This document shows positions 28,987 through 38,400 of a stretch of 64,000 nucleotides of DNA, in pieces. Every line of letters begins with the position of its first letter. Position 1 is the first letter of the stretch. The notes beneath the pieces were generated by a model. That model was not told the origin of the DNA. It saw only the letters and a program-made list of their open reading frames with translations, and ran no database searches. Position numbers and translations under genes: made by a program. This DNA comes from Candidatus Acidiferrum sp. (GTDB lineage Bacteria; Acidobacteriota; Terriglobia; Acidiferrales; UBA7541), in the NCBI GenBank assembly GCA_049516615.1, contig JBEKSZ010000004.1, forward strand, positions 3,170 to 67,169. The letters run 5' to 3'.

Positions 28987-30312
28987 ATGGGAATCCCCCC
29001 GGGCGCGAGAGCTGACGGTTCCACCATCCGCCTGGATCATCGGGCTCCCTATTTGCGCCTCCAGTCGGTAACCATCTTTGTGCGTGAACTGGATCGCAGC
29101 CTGGGTTTTTACGTCGAGCAACTGGGTTTCCAACTCATCTTCGATGGTTATACAAAACCCGGCCGGCGCTGGGTGACTGTCGCGCCTCCGGATGGCGCGG
29201 CCAGCCTCACGCTCGTAGCGCCGGAGCCCGAATCGCCACAATACCAGCTCATCGGTCGCCCGACCGGGGTTTCCTTCGTCACGGAAGACGTGCTCGCGAA
29301 GTACCTCGAATGGACCAAGCGCGGGGTTCGCTTCAATTTTACCCCGCGCCTCAAGCGCCTCAGAAACGCGCTTCACGTTTCGCACACCCCGGGGACTGAC
29401 CCGCCGTCTCATGACGAGCACTCCGCGCAAGCCGAGGACTATGCCCCCATCTGGGGCGGCGTCTTCACGCGTTTCAAGGATCTCGACGGCAATTCTTTTT
29501 CTCTCGTCAGCGACGAACTGACCCACGTCGCCGTAGAAGCGCAACGCCGCGCCGTCGCCGAAAAATTGCATGCGGAACGGCGCGCCGCTCACGAATTGGA
29601 AATTGCCAAAGAAGTGCAGGCTCGTCTTTTCCCGCAATCCCAGCCGGTGATGAAAACCCTCGAATACGCCGGCGCGTGCCAACAGGCGCGGGCGGTCGGC
29701 GGCGACTATTATGACTTTCTACATCTCGGTGGCGGACGGCTCGGCTTGGTCATCGGGGACATATCCGGAAAAGGCATCGCCGCGGCGCTGTTGATGGCCA
29801 ATCTCCAGGCCAATCTCCGCAGCCAGTGCGCCATCGTTTTCGATCAGCCGCAACTGCTGCTGCAATCTGTGAATCGCCTGTTCTGCGAAAACACCTCGGA
29901 CAGCGCCTTCGCCACACTTTTCTTCGCTGAGTATGACGACGCGATGCGCCGCCTGCGCTACGTCAATTGCGGCCATCTCCCCGCGCTAATCCTCCGGCCT
30001 GACAACACCCTCGAGCACCTGCATGCCACGGCAACCGTTCTCGGCATGTTCAAAACCTGGGATTGTGAAATCGGTGAAACCCAGCTGTTTCCCGGTGATG
30101 CCTTGGCCCTTTACACCGATGGCATCACGGAATCCTTCAATGCCGACGAGGAACAATTCGGCGAAGAACGCCTGGCGGCAGCGCTCCAGCGCCACCGGGC
30201 CCTCGCTCCACAATCCATGCTCTCTGCCGTCGTTGAGGAAGTCCGCGGTTTCAGCCTCCGCGAACAGCACGACGACATAACTTTAATCATCGCCAAGTGC
30301 CCGGTGGTCTGA
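28987..30312 (+). CDS. VOC/glyoxalase-like domain fused to a SpoIIE/PP2C (RsbU-like) phosphatase
   Basis: N-terminal SVTIFVRELDRSLGFYVEQLGF...WVTVAPP...WGGVFTRFKDLDGNSF; linker ELEIAKEVQ; GGDYYD, GDISGKG, NCGH, YTDGITE, DDIT. Confidence 0.92.
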   Translation: MGIPPGARADGSTIRLDHRAPYLRLQSVTIFVRELDRSLGFYVEQLGFQLIFDGYTKPGRRWVTVAPPDGAASLTLVAPEPESPQYQLIGRPTGVSFVTEDVLAKYLEWTKRGVRFNFTPRLKRLRNALHVSHTPGTDPPSHDEHSAQAEDYAPIWGGVFTRFKDLDGNSFSLVSDELTHVAVEAQRRAVAEKLHAERRAAHELEIAKEVQARLFPQSQPVMKTLEYAGACQQARAVGGDYYDFLHLGGGRLGLVIGDISGKGIAAALLMANLQANLRSQCAIVFDQPQLLLQSVNRLFCENTSDSAFATLFFAEYDDAMRRLRYVNCGHLPALILRPDNTLEHLHATATVLGMFKTWDCEIGETQLFPGDALALYTDGITESFNADEEQFGEERLAAALQRHRALAPQSMLSAVVEEVRGFSLREQHDDITLIIAKCPVV

Positions 30313-30342
30313 TCCTGCGTCGGAACGCCGGCCAACCTCAAC

Positions 30343-31491
30343 TCATCTCTTGCCGAGCAGTTGCCGCGCAATCACGAGCTTTTGTATCTCGCTGGTGCCC
30401 TCACCAATAGTGCAGAGCTTGACGTCCCGATAAAACTTCTCCGCCGGATAATCCTTAATAAATCCATAACCCCCGTGAATCTGCACGCACTCATTGGCCA
30501 CCCGCACCGCCACCTCGGAAGCAAAGAGTTTCGCCATGCTCGATTCCTTTGTGAAGCGCACGTCTTTGCGGTCCGCGAGATACGCCGCTTGGTACACCAG
30601 CAAGCGTGCGGCCTCGATTTCCGTGGCCATATCCGCCAACTTAAACTGAATGGCCTGAAACTCGCTAATCGCCCGCCCAAACTGCTTCCGCTGCTGGGCG
30701 TAGGCAATGGCCGCGTCCAGCGCACCTTGCGCCATGCCGAGCGCCAGCGCCGCGATCGAAATCCGCCCGCCATCCAGAATCGTTAGACTTCCGGTAAATC
30801 CCTCGCCCTCCGGCCCCAGCAGATTCTCCGCGGGCACACGGCAGTCCGCGAAAATCACCTCGGAAGTATCGCTGGCCCTCAGCCCCAGCTTATTTTCTTT
30901 CTTCCCCGCCTTGAACCCGGGCGTCCCTTTTTCCAGGATAAAAGCGCTGATGCCATGGGAACCTTTGAGCTTATCCGTCACCGCCATGGCCACGCAATAA
31001 TCCGCGTAATGCCCGTTGGTCGTAAAGGTCTTGGCACCATTCAAAACCCAAAAATCTCCGTCGCGCACCGCGGTGGTCTTCGTACCCCCGGCATCCGATC
31101 CCGCCTCGGGCTCGGTGAGGGACCAGGCGCCTATCTTCCGTCCCGACGCCAGACCGGTTAAATATTTCTTCTTCTGGGCCTCCGTACCAAACTTAAAAAT
31201 ATGGTTGCTGCACAACGAATTGTGGGCCGCCACAATAATCCCTACCGACCCGTCCACCCGCGACAGCTCCTCAATCACCATCGCGTATTCGATGTATCCG
31301 AGGCCTGCTCCACCGTAGGTCTCGGGAAAGATCACTCCCAGCAAGCCCATCTCCGCCATCTTCGGAAAAAGCTCCGCGGGAAAGTGCGAAGCCTCATCCC
31401 ACTCCATTACATGGGGGCGAATCTCTCCCTCCGCAAATTCCCGCACGGTCTTCCGTAGCGCCTTCTGCTCGTCGCTGTATGTGAAATCCAT
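30343..31491 (-). CDS. Acyl-CoA dehydrogenase
   Basis: [53 protein letters not shown]. Confidence 0.96.
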   Translation of the reverse strand: MDFTYSDEQKALRKTVREFAEGEIRPHVMEWDEASHFPAELFPKMAEMGLLGVIFPETYGGAGLGYIEYAMVIEELSRVDGSVGIIVAAHNSLCSNHIFKFGTEAQKKKYLTGLASGRKIGAWSLTEPEAGSDAGGTKTTAVRDGDFWVLNGAKTFTTNGHYADYCVAMAVTDKLKGSHGISAFILEKGTPGFKAGKKENKLGLRASDTSEVIFADCRVPAENLLGPEGEGFTGSLTILDGGRISIAALALGMAQGALDAAIAYAQQRKQFGRAISEFQAIQFKLADMATEIEAARLLVYQAAYLADRKDVRFTKESSMAKLFASEVAVRVANECVQIHGGYGFIKDYPAEKFYRDVKLCTIGEGTSEIQKLVIARQLLGKR

Positions 31492-32038
31492 CGCCGCTCT
31501 CCAGCCCGCTTTAGTTTTTTCTATACTCGAGTAAAGTTCAGTTTATATCAGTTCACTACCCGGCGACCCGCTGCGTGCCGCGCCGCGCACTGCCACGACC
31601 CGCAGAGCGAAGGTTCTCCTCGCCGCGCGGACCTAGCGGTCCGGCGCGTTTAAAGAATTCTAACTTTCGTATTGTGCATCGCCATCCTTCGGTCTACTAT
31701 GCGCCCATCGCAATGACCAGCCCGACGGACGATTGATCTTTGCAAATTGCGCCGCATTGCATTCTGCATCGCTGTTGACCCTCTGGGCTCCGGTCGGCGC
31801 GCCATCACCTACCGCCCGTACCCGAGCTTCGCCAGGAGGATGCGAGTCGAATTTCCCCAGGACCCCAGCGGACCAGCCGCCGCGAGGCCTCCTGTAACGC
31901 GCGCGTCTGCCGTTGCGCCCGGAATGTGTCGTATCCTCCGGAGAGCTACAGTCGCAGCGTCGCGAACGGGCTATTTCCCTCTCGATTTTCCTCGTCGAAG
32001 GTTGGTCACAAGTGCGCTCTAGAAACCCGAGGAGAACA

Positions 32039-34141
32039 ATGCTTAAAAAAAAATCACCAGCACCCAGTAACCGCACCCCTGGTCGTGTCGCACAATTATT
32101 CCTACTGGCAGCCGCGCTCCTGCTTTTCGCCGCGCTGCCTGCCAGTTCCGCTCCCGGACAATCCATCGGCGGCAACACTCCGCACTTTGTTTCTTTGTCC
32201 AAAGTCGTCGGCCACGAAGAACCAACCGAGGTCATGGAAGTCAGCCTGTGGCTCGAGCCGCGTAACCGCGCGGAGATGGACGACCTCGCCCGCGAGCTCT
32301 ACGACCCCAGTTCGTCCAAATACCGTCAGTGGCTCAAGAAAACCGACATCGCGGACAAATTTGCTCCCACGGCTGACGACGTCCGCACGGTGCAAACCTT
32401 TCTGGCATCTAACGGCCTCAAAATTGTAAGCGTTGGTCCGCAGAATTTCTTCGTGCGCGCCAGCGGCACCGCCCGGGCCATGGAAACCGCCTTCCACGTT
32501 CATCTCAACAATTATCAGGTCGGTGCGCAGACCATCCGCGCCAATGACGTGGATCCCTACATTGAGGGGGCGGCTTCCGCGATCGTTCGCCACGTCTCCG
32601 GTCTCGATAACGCCGCATTCACGCACCCCTACGCCGCCCGTCCAACACTCGCCAGCGCCGCCAAGAGCGGTCCCGCTGGTGGCCTGGTTTCCGCGCTTGA
32701 CGGCGCATCCGCCGCCACCGCTTTCTTCGTCTCCGACTGCTTTACCGGCACCAAAACCGAAAAGTACACCACGGTCGGTGCTGCCTATCCCACCGCCCAT
32801 TACAGCGGTAACAACTACTACGGCAGCGAAACCGGCCCAGGCTGCGGCTACACCCCGGCCGAAATTCGCACCGCCTACAATCTGAACGGCCTGTACAAGG
32901 AGGGATTCGATGGCACGGGTCAGACCATCGTCATCCTCGATTGGTGCGGTTCTCCCACCATCTTGAACGACGCCAACGTTTTCTCCGCCAAATTCGGGTT
33001 GCCTAAACTCACCAGCGCCAACTTCAAAATCATTCAGACCCCGACCATCTCCACCTGCGGCGCCCCGGACCCTGAGATCAATATCGACGTCGAGTGGGCC
33101 CACGCCATCGCTCCGGGCGCCAAGATCGACCTCGTCATCACTCCTTCGGCCAGCCTTGAGGACGTCAACGAGGGCGAATTCTACGCCGTCAACTACGACT
33201 TGGGTAACGTTCTCTCCGGCAGCTACGGCTCCGACGAAGCCCTTACCTCTACTGCCGAACTCGACACGGAGAGCCTCATCTCGGAAATCGCCGCCATTTC
33301 CGGCATCTCCACCAACTTCGCCACCGGCGATTACGGTGACTATTCCTTCGGCGGCTTCTACCCCACTTCGGTCAGCGCGCCCGCCGATTCTCCCTACGCT
33401 ACCGCTGTTGGCGGCGTTACCCTGGCCCTGAACTCCAGCAACGCCATCGCCTGGCAAACCGGCTGGGGCAATAACGTCTCCCTGCCCCTCTCGAGCGGCG
33501 AAATCTTTGATCCGCCACTTTTCATCGGCTTTAACGGTGGCTCCGGCGGCGGCGCCAGCGGATACTTTTTCAAGCCTGCCTACCAGCACAAGCTGCCCGG
33601 AACGTCCCGCCTCCTGCCGGACATTTCCTGGCTCGCCGATCCCTTCACCGGGGGCATCATCGCCATCACCGAACCAAACCAGTTCCCGCCCGTAATTTAC
33701 ACCGTATACGGGGGCACCAGCCTCGCTACTCCCATGTTCTCGGGCCTCTGGGCCATCGCCAACCAGGAAGCCGCGGCCGCAGGTCCCCTCGGACAAGCCG
33801 CGCCCTATCTCTACTCCATGCCCCGTGGCGCCATCACCGACATCCTGCCCTACCATAACCTGACCAACGTGAGCGGCACCGTGGTTGAATCCGCGAGCGA
33901 ATCCACCTTTTACCCGTCCTATGAAATCGCCGATGTTCCCGCAGGCACGCCTTTCTACAGCGCCTTCTGGGACTACCCCTACGCCGACTACACCACCTAC
34001 GTGATCTCCTTCGGCACCGACTCCAGTCTGACCATCACGGCCGGCTGGGACAACGTCACCGGCCTCGGCACACCCAACGGTAAAGCCTTCGCCGACTTCT
34101 TCTTTGTGCCGCCGCCACCGGCAACACCTGCCCCGAGATAG
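32039..34141 (+). CDS. S53 (sedolisin/kumamolisin) serine-carboxyl peptidase with pro-domain
   Basis: ATG after GAGGAG; signal peptide, activation domain, EINID (E-x3-D), ATGDYG, GGTSLATP, GWDNVTGLGTP. Confidence 0.95.
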   Translation: MLKKKSPAPSNRTPGRVAQLFLLAAALLLFAALPASSAPGQSIGGNTPHFVSLSKVVGHEEPTEVMEVSLWLEPRNRAEMDDLARELYDPSSSKYRQWLKKTDIADKFAPTADDVRTVQTFLASNGLKIVSVGPQNFFVRASGTARAMETAFHVHLNNYQVGAQTIRANDVDPYIEGAASAIVRHVSGLDNAAFTHPYAARPTLASAAKSGPAGGLVSALDGASAATAFFVSDCFTGTKTEKYTTVGAAYPTAHYSGNNYYGSETGPGCGYTPAEIRTAYNLNGLYKEGFDGTGQTIVILDWCGSPTILNDANVFSAKFGLPKLTSANFKIIQTPTISTCGAPDPEINIDVEWAHAIAPGAKIDLVITPSASLEDVNEGEFYAVNYDLGNVLSGSYGSDEALTSTAELDTESLISEIAAISGISTNFATGDYGDYSFGGFYPTSVSAPADSPYATAVGGVTLALNSSNAIAWQTGWGNNVSLPLSSGEIFDPPLFIGFNGGSGGGASGYFFKPAYQHKLPGTSRLLPDISWLADPFTGGIIAITEPNQFPPVIYTVYGGTSLATPMFSGLWAIANQEAAAAGPLGQAAPYLYSMPRGAITDILPYHNLTNVSGTVVESASESTFYPSYEIADVPAGTPFYSAFWDYPYADYTTYVISFGTDSSLTITAGWDNVTGLGTPNGKAFADFFFVPPPPATPAPR

Positions 34142-34152
34142 CCGTCGCGTCC

Positions 34153-34192
34153 GCCGGGAGGGCACGATATATCGCGCTCTCCCGGCATTTTT
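34153..34192 (+). terminator. Intrinsic terminator after the S53 gene
   Basis: GCCGGGAGGGCACGAT / ATCGCGCTCTCCCGGC hairpin followed by ATTTTT. Confidence 0.65.
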
Positions 34193-34462
34193 AGTCCGCG
34201 CATCCCGCAACCCGTGCCCTCCGTGGTTCCTACCTTTGCCTCGGGTTGCTCGCCGAGGGCTTCCCGGAAAGCGCCGGCCTTTTTGCCGCAATCCTCGGAC
34301 GGACTCGCAACTTTAGAGAACATCCCGCCCTCGGGGTGACCGCCACGCGCAAAATCGCCACACCGTCGGGCTTCCATTCCCTTGCCGCAGGCCTCGGGAT
34401 TTTCCCGGCAAGGTGGCCCGCGCGGGTATAAAATTCCGCCCTGCATTGCCCGGAGGTGCTGG

Positions 34463-35461
34463 GTGCTCCGCTGCCTGCTGGCGTTGTGCGGTTTCGTGGG
34501 TTTGCTGCTTGTGCCTGCTGCGGGACGCTTGCGCTCGTCAGCAAATCCGCTGGCAGCGCTCAATGGAATCGTCTATTCAGAAAGCGCAAACCAGAGAATC
34601 GGCCACGCCGCTGTGCGCCTTTGTGACAGCGGGGGGAATCTGCTGCAGGAGTCCATTACCAGCGACTCCGGGGAGTTTGCGTTTCTTGCCCTGCAATCGG
34701 GAAGCTTTATCTTAAAAGTCTCGGCCCCCGGCTACCAACCCCTAGAAATGCCCGTGGAGGTGAATTTTGGCTCGCAACGCGGCGTTTCCGTTTTTCTGAA
34801 GAGCGCCAACCGCCCGGGCGCGGGGACCGAGGCTCGTCCGGCCATCTCCGCGCACGAATTGTCCATGCCCAAATCCGCCAGGGACCTGGCGGAATCTGGG
34901 AAGAAAAAACTGTACCTCGACAAGGACCCGCAGAACGCCTTAAGGGATTTCGCGTCCGCCATCTCCAAGGCTCCGGCCTACTACGAGGTCTACTACCTAA
35001 TGGGAATGACCTACATCTCTTTGCAGAATCCCGCGCGGGCGGAAGAAAACCTGCAGAAATCCGTGGACCTCAGCAATCAGTCCTACGGCGATGCGGACCT
35101 GGCGCTCGCGTTTCTCTGGCTCGGTCGCCACGACATCACGCGCGGAGAACCTCTGCTGCGCAAGGGTCTCGAGCTGAATCCCCGTTCCTGGACGGGCTAC
35201 TTCGAGCTTGGCAAATTGGAGATGTACGCCGAGCACTACGAGGCCGCGCTGCAGGCAGCGCAAACAGCCCGGTCTTTGGCCGCGGATCAGCCGCTGGTCT
35301 ACAGGCTGCTCTCCCTAATCCATCTCAAACAGAGGAATTATTCGGCGGCGCTGGTTGATCTCGATGCCTATATCCGCCTCGATCCTGACAGCCCGGACGG
35401 CCAGCACGCCAAACAGGTCCGCGCCGACACCGAAAAGCGCGTCGCCAGTGCTCAACCATGA
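34463..35461 (+). CDS. Exported carboxypeptidase-regulatory-like domain + TPR protein
   Basis: GTG 34463 after GGAGG; TSDSGEFAF...LKVSAPGY, ISAHELSMP, tandem TPR helices. Confidence 0.82.
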   Translation: MLRCLLALCGFVGLLLVPAAGRLRSSANPLAALNGIVYSESANQRIGHAAVRLCDSGGNLLQESITSDSGEFAFLALQSGSFILKVSAPGYQPLEMPVEVNFGSQRGVSVFLKSANRPGAGTEARPAISAHELSMPKSARDLAESGKKKLYLDKDPQNALRDFASAISKAPAYYEVYYLMGMTYISLQNPARAEENLQKSVDLSNQSYGDADLALAFLWLGRHDITRGEPLLRKGLELNPRSWTGYFELGKLEMYAEHYEAALQAAQTARSLAADQPLVYRLLSLIHLKQRNYSAALVDLDAYIRLDPDSPDGQHAKQVRADTEKRVASAQP

Positions 35462-35780
35462 CCTGAGGCAGCCCGTGGCACAGCCAATCCTGGCCGGGCG
35501 CGCAGTCCTCGATCGAACTGCTTGCTGCCCCGGGTATTCTTGCCGGTGTTTTTTCTGCCGGGATTATGGGTGGTTGGTTTTAAGCGTTGGAGATGCCCGG
35601 GTTACCGCAAGCTCCCAGACGCAACGGCAATTTTCAGGATCGCGCAAATTCGCCCCACTCTGATCCTCAACGGGTGTTTTGCGTATCCTCGAAACGCGGA
35701 CGCTCGGCGGGCGCGGATTTCAGAGTTGGCTTCGTTGCTTCCGTACTTCCCGGCGGCATCGTTCCGTTCCCCGCGCCAGC

Positions 35781-36116
35781 TTAGAGCTCAACGCCCCAAA
35801 ATCCCTCGGGCGGGTTCACCAGTTCAAGCCCCAGTTCCCAACCTTCGCGGCCTTCGTGCCCGCGCCAGATCAACGTGGCATCGGAGATTTTGTTGTTCAG
35901 CGAATTGACCACGCGCAGTTTTTGTCCTACCGCGAAGCCCTGCGGCACAATGGCCAAGCAGCCCTTGGCGCTGATGTCCATGGTAAAACCGTCCGCGCGC
36001 AAATCGCGGCCATCTTCGGTCCACTCCACGGCCACATTCACGCGCGAATTGATGCGCGGCACGGCGCGCGTGTACTTCATCCGCTCTTCAAAATTTTCCG
36101 CGTCGATGAAGGGCAC
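35781..36116 (-). CDS. Stand-alone PilZ domain protein
   Basis: RAVPR (RxxxR) and DISAKG (DxSxxG) c-di-GMP motifs. Start is GTG 36116 or ATG 36080. Confidence 0.88.
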   Translation of the reverse strand: MPFIDAENFEERMKYTRAVPRINSRVNVAVEWTEDGRDLRADGFTMDISAKGCLAIVPQGFAVGQKLRVVNSLNNKISDATLIWRGHEGREGWELGLELVNPPEGFWGVEL

Positions 36117-36426
36117 GATCGGCTCCCAAGCTTCCTGTGCTCATGCCAAACGCTGGTCACCTGCGCTACGACCAGCGAAGATTCTGCTACCTGTCCGGCT
36201 AACCCCAGCCTATGCCTCGTTTACAATTTACGTCAATGGAACTTCCGGGTGATTCGTCCCAGCAGTAAACTGGCCGCTGCGCCGCAATTTTTCCGCACCA
36301 GAAAACTTCGCCCCGCATCGGGCAGGAAACCTCACGTCCGCAAAGGAGCGCAGCATCTCTCGCGGCGTCTCCGGTTTTCGTTGCCACTTCCCTGCTCAGC
36401 GCATAAACTTTCTCAACCGCACTTTC

Positions 36427-37815
36427 ATGCTGACCGTGTCCATCCTGCGCAAAGAACTTCGCCCGACCTTTCGCTTGGCGCTTCCCTTGGTGCTCGCCGA
36501 ACTCGGCTGGATGAGCATGGCTATCGTCGACACCGTCATGGTGGGCCACCTGCCCAACAGTGCCACAGCCATGGGCGCCGTTGCTCTCGGGTCCAATCTG
36601 TTCAACGTGCTGGCGCTCTGCGGCGGCGGTCTGTTGATGGGCCTCGACACACTGGTGGCGCAAGCGTTTGGTGCGGGGCAGCGCGAGGATTGCCACCGTT
36701 CACTGGTGAATGGCATTTACATAAGCTTCGCTCTGACGCCGCTGCTCTCCGCCCCGGTGTGGTTGCTGCCCGGGTTGCTCGGAGGCATGCACATCGACTC
36801 TGCGGTCCTGACGCTGGCCATTCCCTACACCGAAGTGCTGGCCATCGGCATGCTGCCCCTCCTGCTCTATTTTGCGGTGCGCCGCTGCCTGCAAGCCATG
36901 GACTTGGTCCGGCCCGTGGCCTTCGCGTTGATCACCGCGAACATCATCAACGCGCTTGGAAACTACGCCCTTGTTTACGGTCATTTGGGCATGCACGCGA
37001 GGGGCGCCGTGGGTTCGGGCTGGTCCACCGCGATTTCTCGCACCTATATGGCCGCAGTGCTGGTCGTTTACCTGCTGTGGTACGACCACCGGCATCGCAC
37101 CGAGTTACTGAAAACCCCGGTGGAGGTGGATCTAAAACGCATCAAGCGGCTGATCACGCTCGGCTATCCCGCGGCGGTGCAGTTCACGCTGGAGTCCGGC
37201 GTGTTTGCCTTGGCCACGGCGCTGATCGCGCGATTGGGTGCCGTGCCCCTGGCCAGCCACCAGATCGCGCTGAACACTGTGGCGTTCACGTATATGGTGC
37301 CCTTGGGGATTTCCTCCGCAGCCGCGGTGCGCGTGGGCCAGGCCATCGGCCGCAAGGATCCCCTGGGCGCGGGGCATGCGGGAGGTACGGCGATATTTTT
37401 GGGAGCGGCGTTCATGAGTTGCGGCAGTGCCGCGCTGCTGATTTTTCCGCGCTATATCGCGCGGATTTATACCCCCGACGAGCGCATCATGCACAGCACG
37501 GTCACACTGCTCGCGGCCGGCGCTGCCTTCCAACTTTTCGATGGCATTCAGACCGTGGCCACCGGCGCGTTGCGCGGCGTCGGCGACACCCGCACGCCGA
37601 TGCTTTGCCATTTTTTCGCGTACTGGATTCTGGGTTTGCCGCTCGGGGCGTGGCTGTGTTTTCGGCGACATTGGGGCGCGCTGGGGCTGTGGTCCGGTTT
37701 GAGCCTGGCGCTAATTTTAATTGGAGTTGTGTTGCTTTTGGTTTGGCACGCCAAGGTCAGGTCACTGGTCGAAGTGCCGGGCTCCGTCGCGACTTTCTGC
37801 GCGCCGGGACCTTAA
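36427..37815 (+). CDS. MATE family efflux transporter (NorM-like)
   Basis: LALPLVLAELG..M..VDTVMVG, GLDTLVAQAFGA, HQIALN, FQLFDGIQ..ATGALRG.GDTR.P. Confidence 0.94.
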   Translation: MLTVSILRKELRPTFRLALPLVLAELGWMSMAIVDTVMVGHLPNSATAMGAVALGSNLFNVLALCGGGLLMGLDTLVAQAFGAGQREDCHRSLVNGIYISFALTPLLSAPVWLLPGLLGGMHIDSAVLTLAIPYTEVLAIGMLPLLLYFAVRRCLQAMDLVRPVAFALITANIINALGNYALVYGHLGMHARGAVGSGWSTAISRTYMAAVLVVYLLWYDHRHRTELLKTPVEVDLKRIKRLITLGYPAAVQFTLESGVFALATALIARLGAVPLASHQIALNTVAFTYMVPLGISSAAAVRVGQAIGRKDPLGAGHAGGTAIFLGAAFMSCGSAALLIFPRYIARIYTPDERIMHSTVTLLAAGAAFQLFDGIQTVATGALRGVGDTRTPMLCHFFAYWILGLPLGAWLCFRRHWGALGLWSGLSLALILIGVVLLLVWHAKVRSLVEVPGSVATFCAPGP

Positions 37816-37866
37816 CGGCGCGCGGCTAGCGGCGAAAGCCGAGCAGGTTCACCGCACTCGACCGCC

Positions 37867-38352
37867 TTACATCTTGTAGCGCCCGAGGTCGTCGTCGGAC
37901 AGGCCCTCGAGATAGCTGCGCAGTTGGTCGCTGGTGTTGCGTTCGGTGAGGGCGCTCGAGACTTTGGCGTTTTTCAGGACCCGCTCGTCGACGAAAATTG
38001 GGCAATCCATGCGCAACGCCAGCGCCAGAGCATCGCTCGGACGGGAGTCGATGGTCATCATTTGCCCTTCGCGTTCGACCCAGATGATGGCGTAGAAGGT
38101 GTCATCCTTAAGATCGTTCACCACGATTTTCTGCACTCGCACATCGAGGCCGAGGAAAACATTCTTCAGTAAATCGTGGGTCATGGGGCGCGGGGTTTCC
38201 ACTTTTTCGATTTCGAGGGCGATGGCGTTGGCTTCGTAGACGCCGACCCAGATGGGTAGGATGGCCTGACCTTGCACATCCTTCAGCACCACAATGGGCA
38301 TGTTGGTTACCGGGTCCATCATCAGGCCGCGTATCTTCATTTCGACTTCCAT
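37867..38352 (-). CDS. Bifunctional nuclease family protein (DUF151)
   Basis: PIVVLKD, LPIWVG..EANAIA, PRPMTHDL, IDSRPSDALALA; GGAGG upstream. Confidence 0.93.
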   Translation of the reverse strand: MEVEMKIRGLMMDPVTNMPIVVLKDVQGQAILPIWVGVYEANAIALEIEKVETPRPMTHDLLKNVFLGLDVRVQKIVVNDLKDDTFYAIIWVEREGQMMTIDSRPSDALALALRMDCPIFVDERVLKNAKVSSALTERNTSDQLRSYLEGLSDDDLGRYKM

Positions 38353-38400
38353 GGAGGCCTCCTGTGTTCGGCAACCGGGCTCTGGAACCTTTGTCGTTCG

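Noticed and set aside
31492-32038. Long divergent intergenic region before the S53 gene
   Set aside because: No recognisable RNA motif, repeat or credible ORF; probably promoter DNA.
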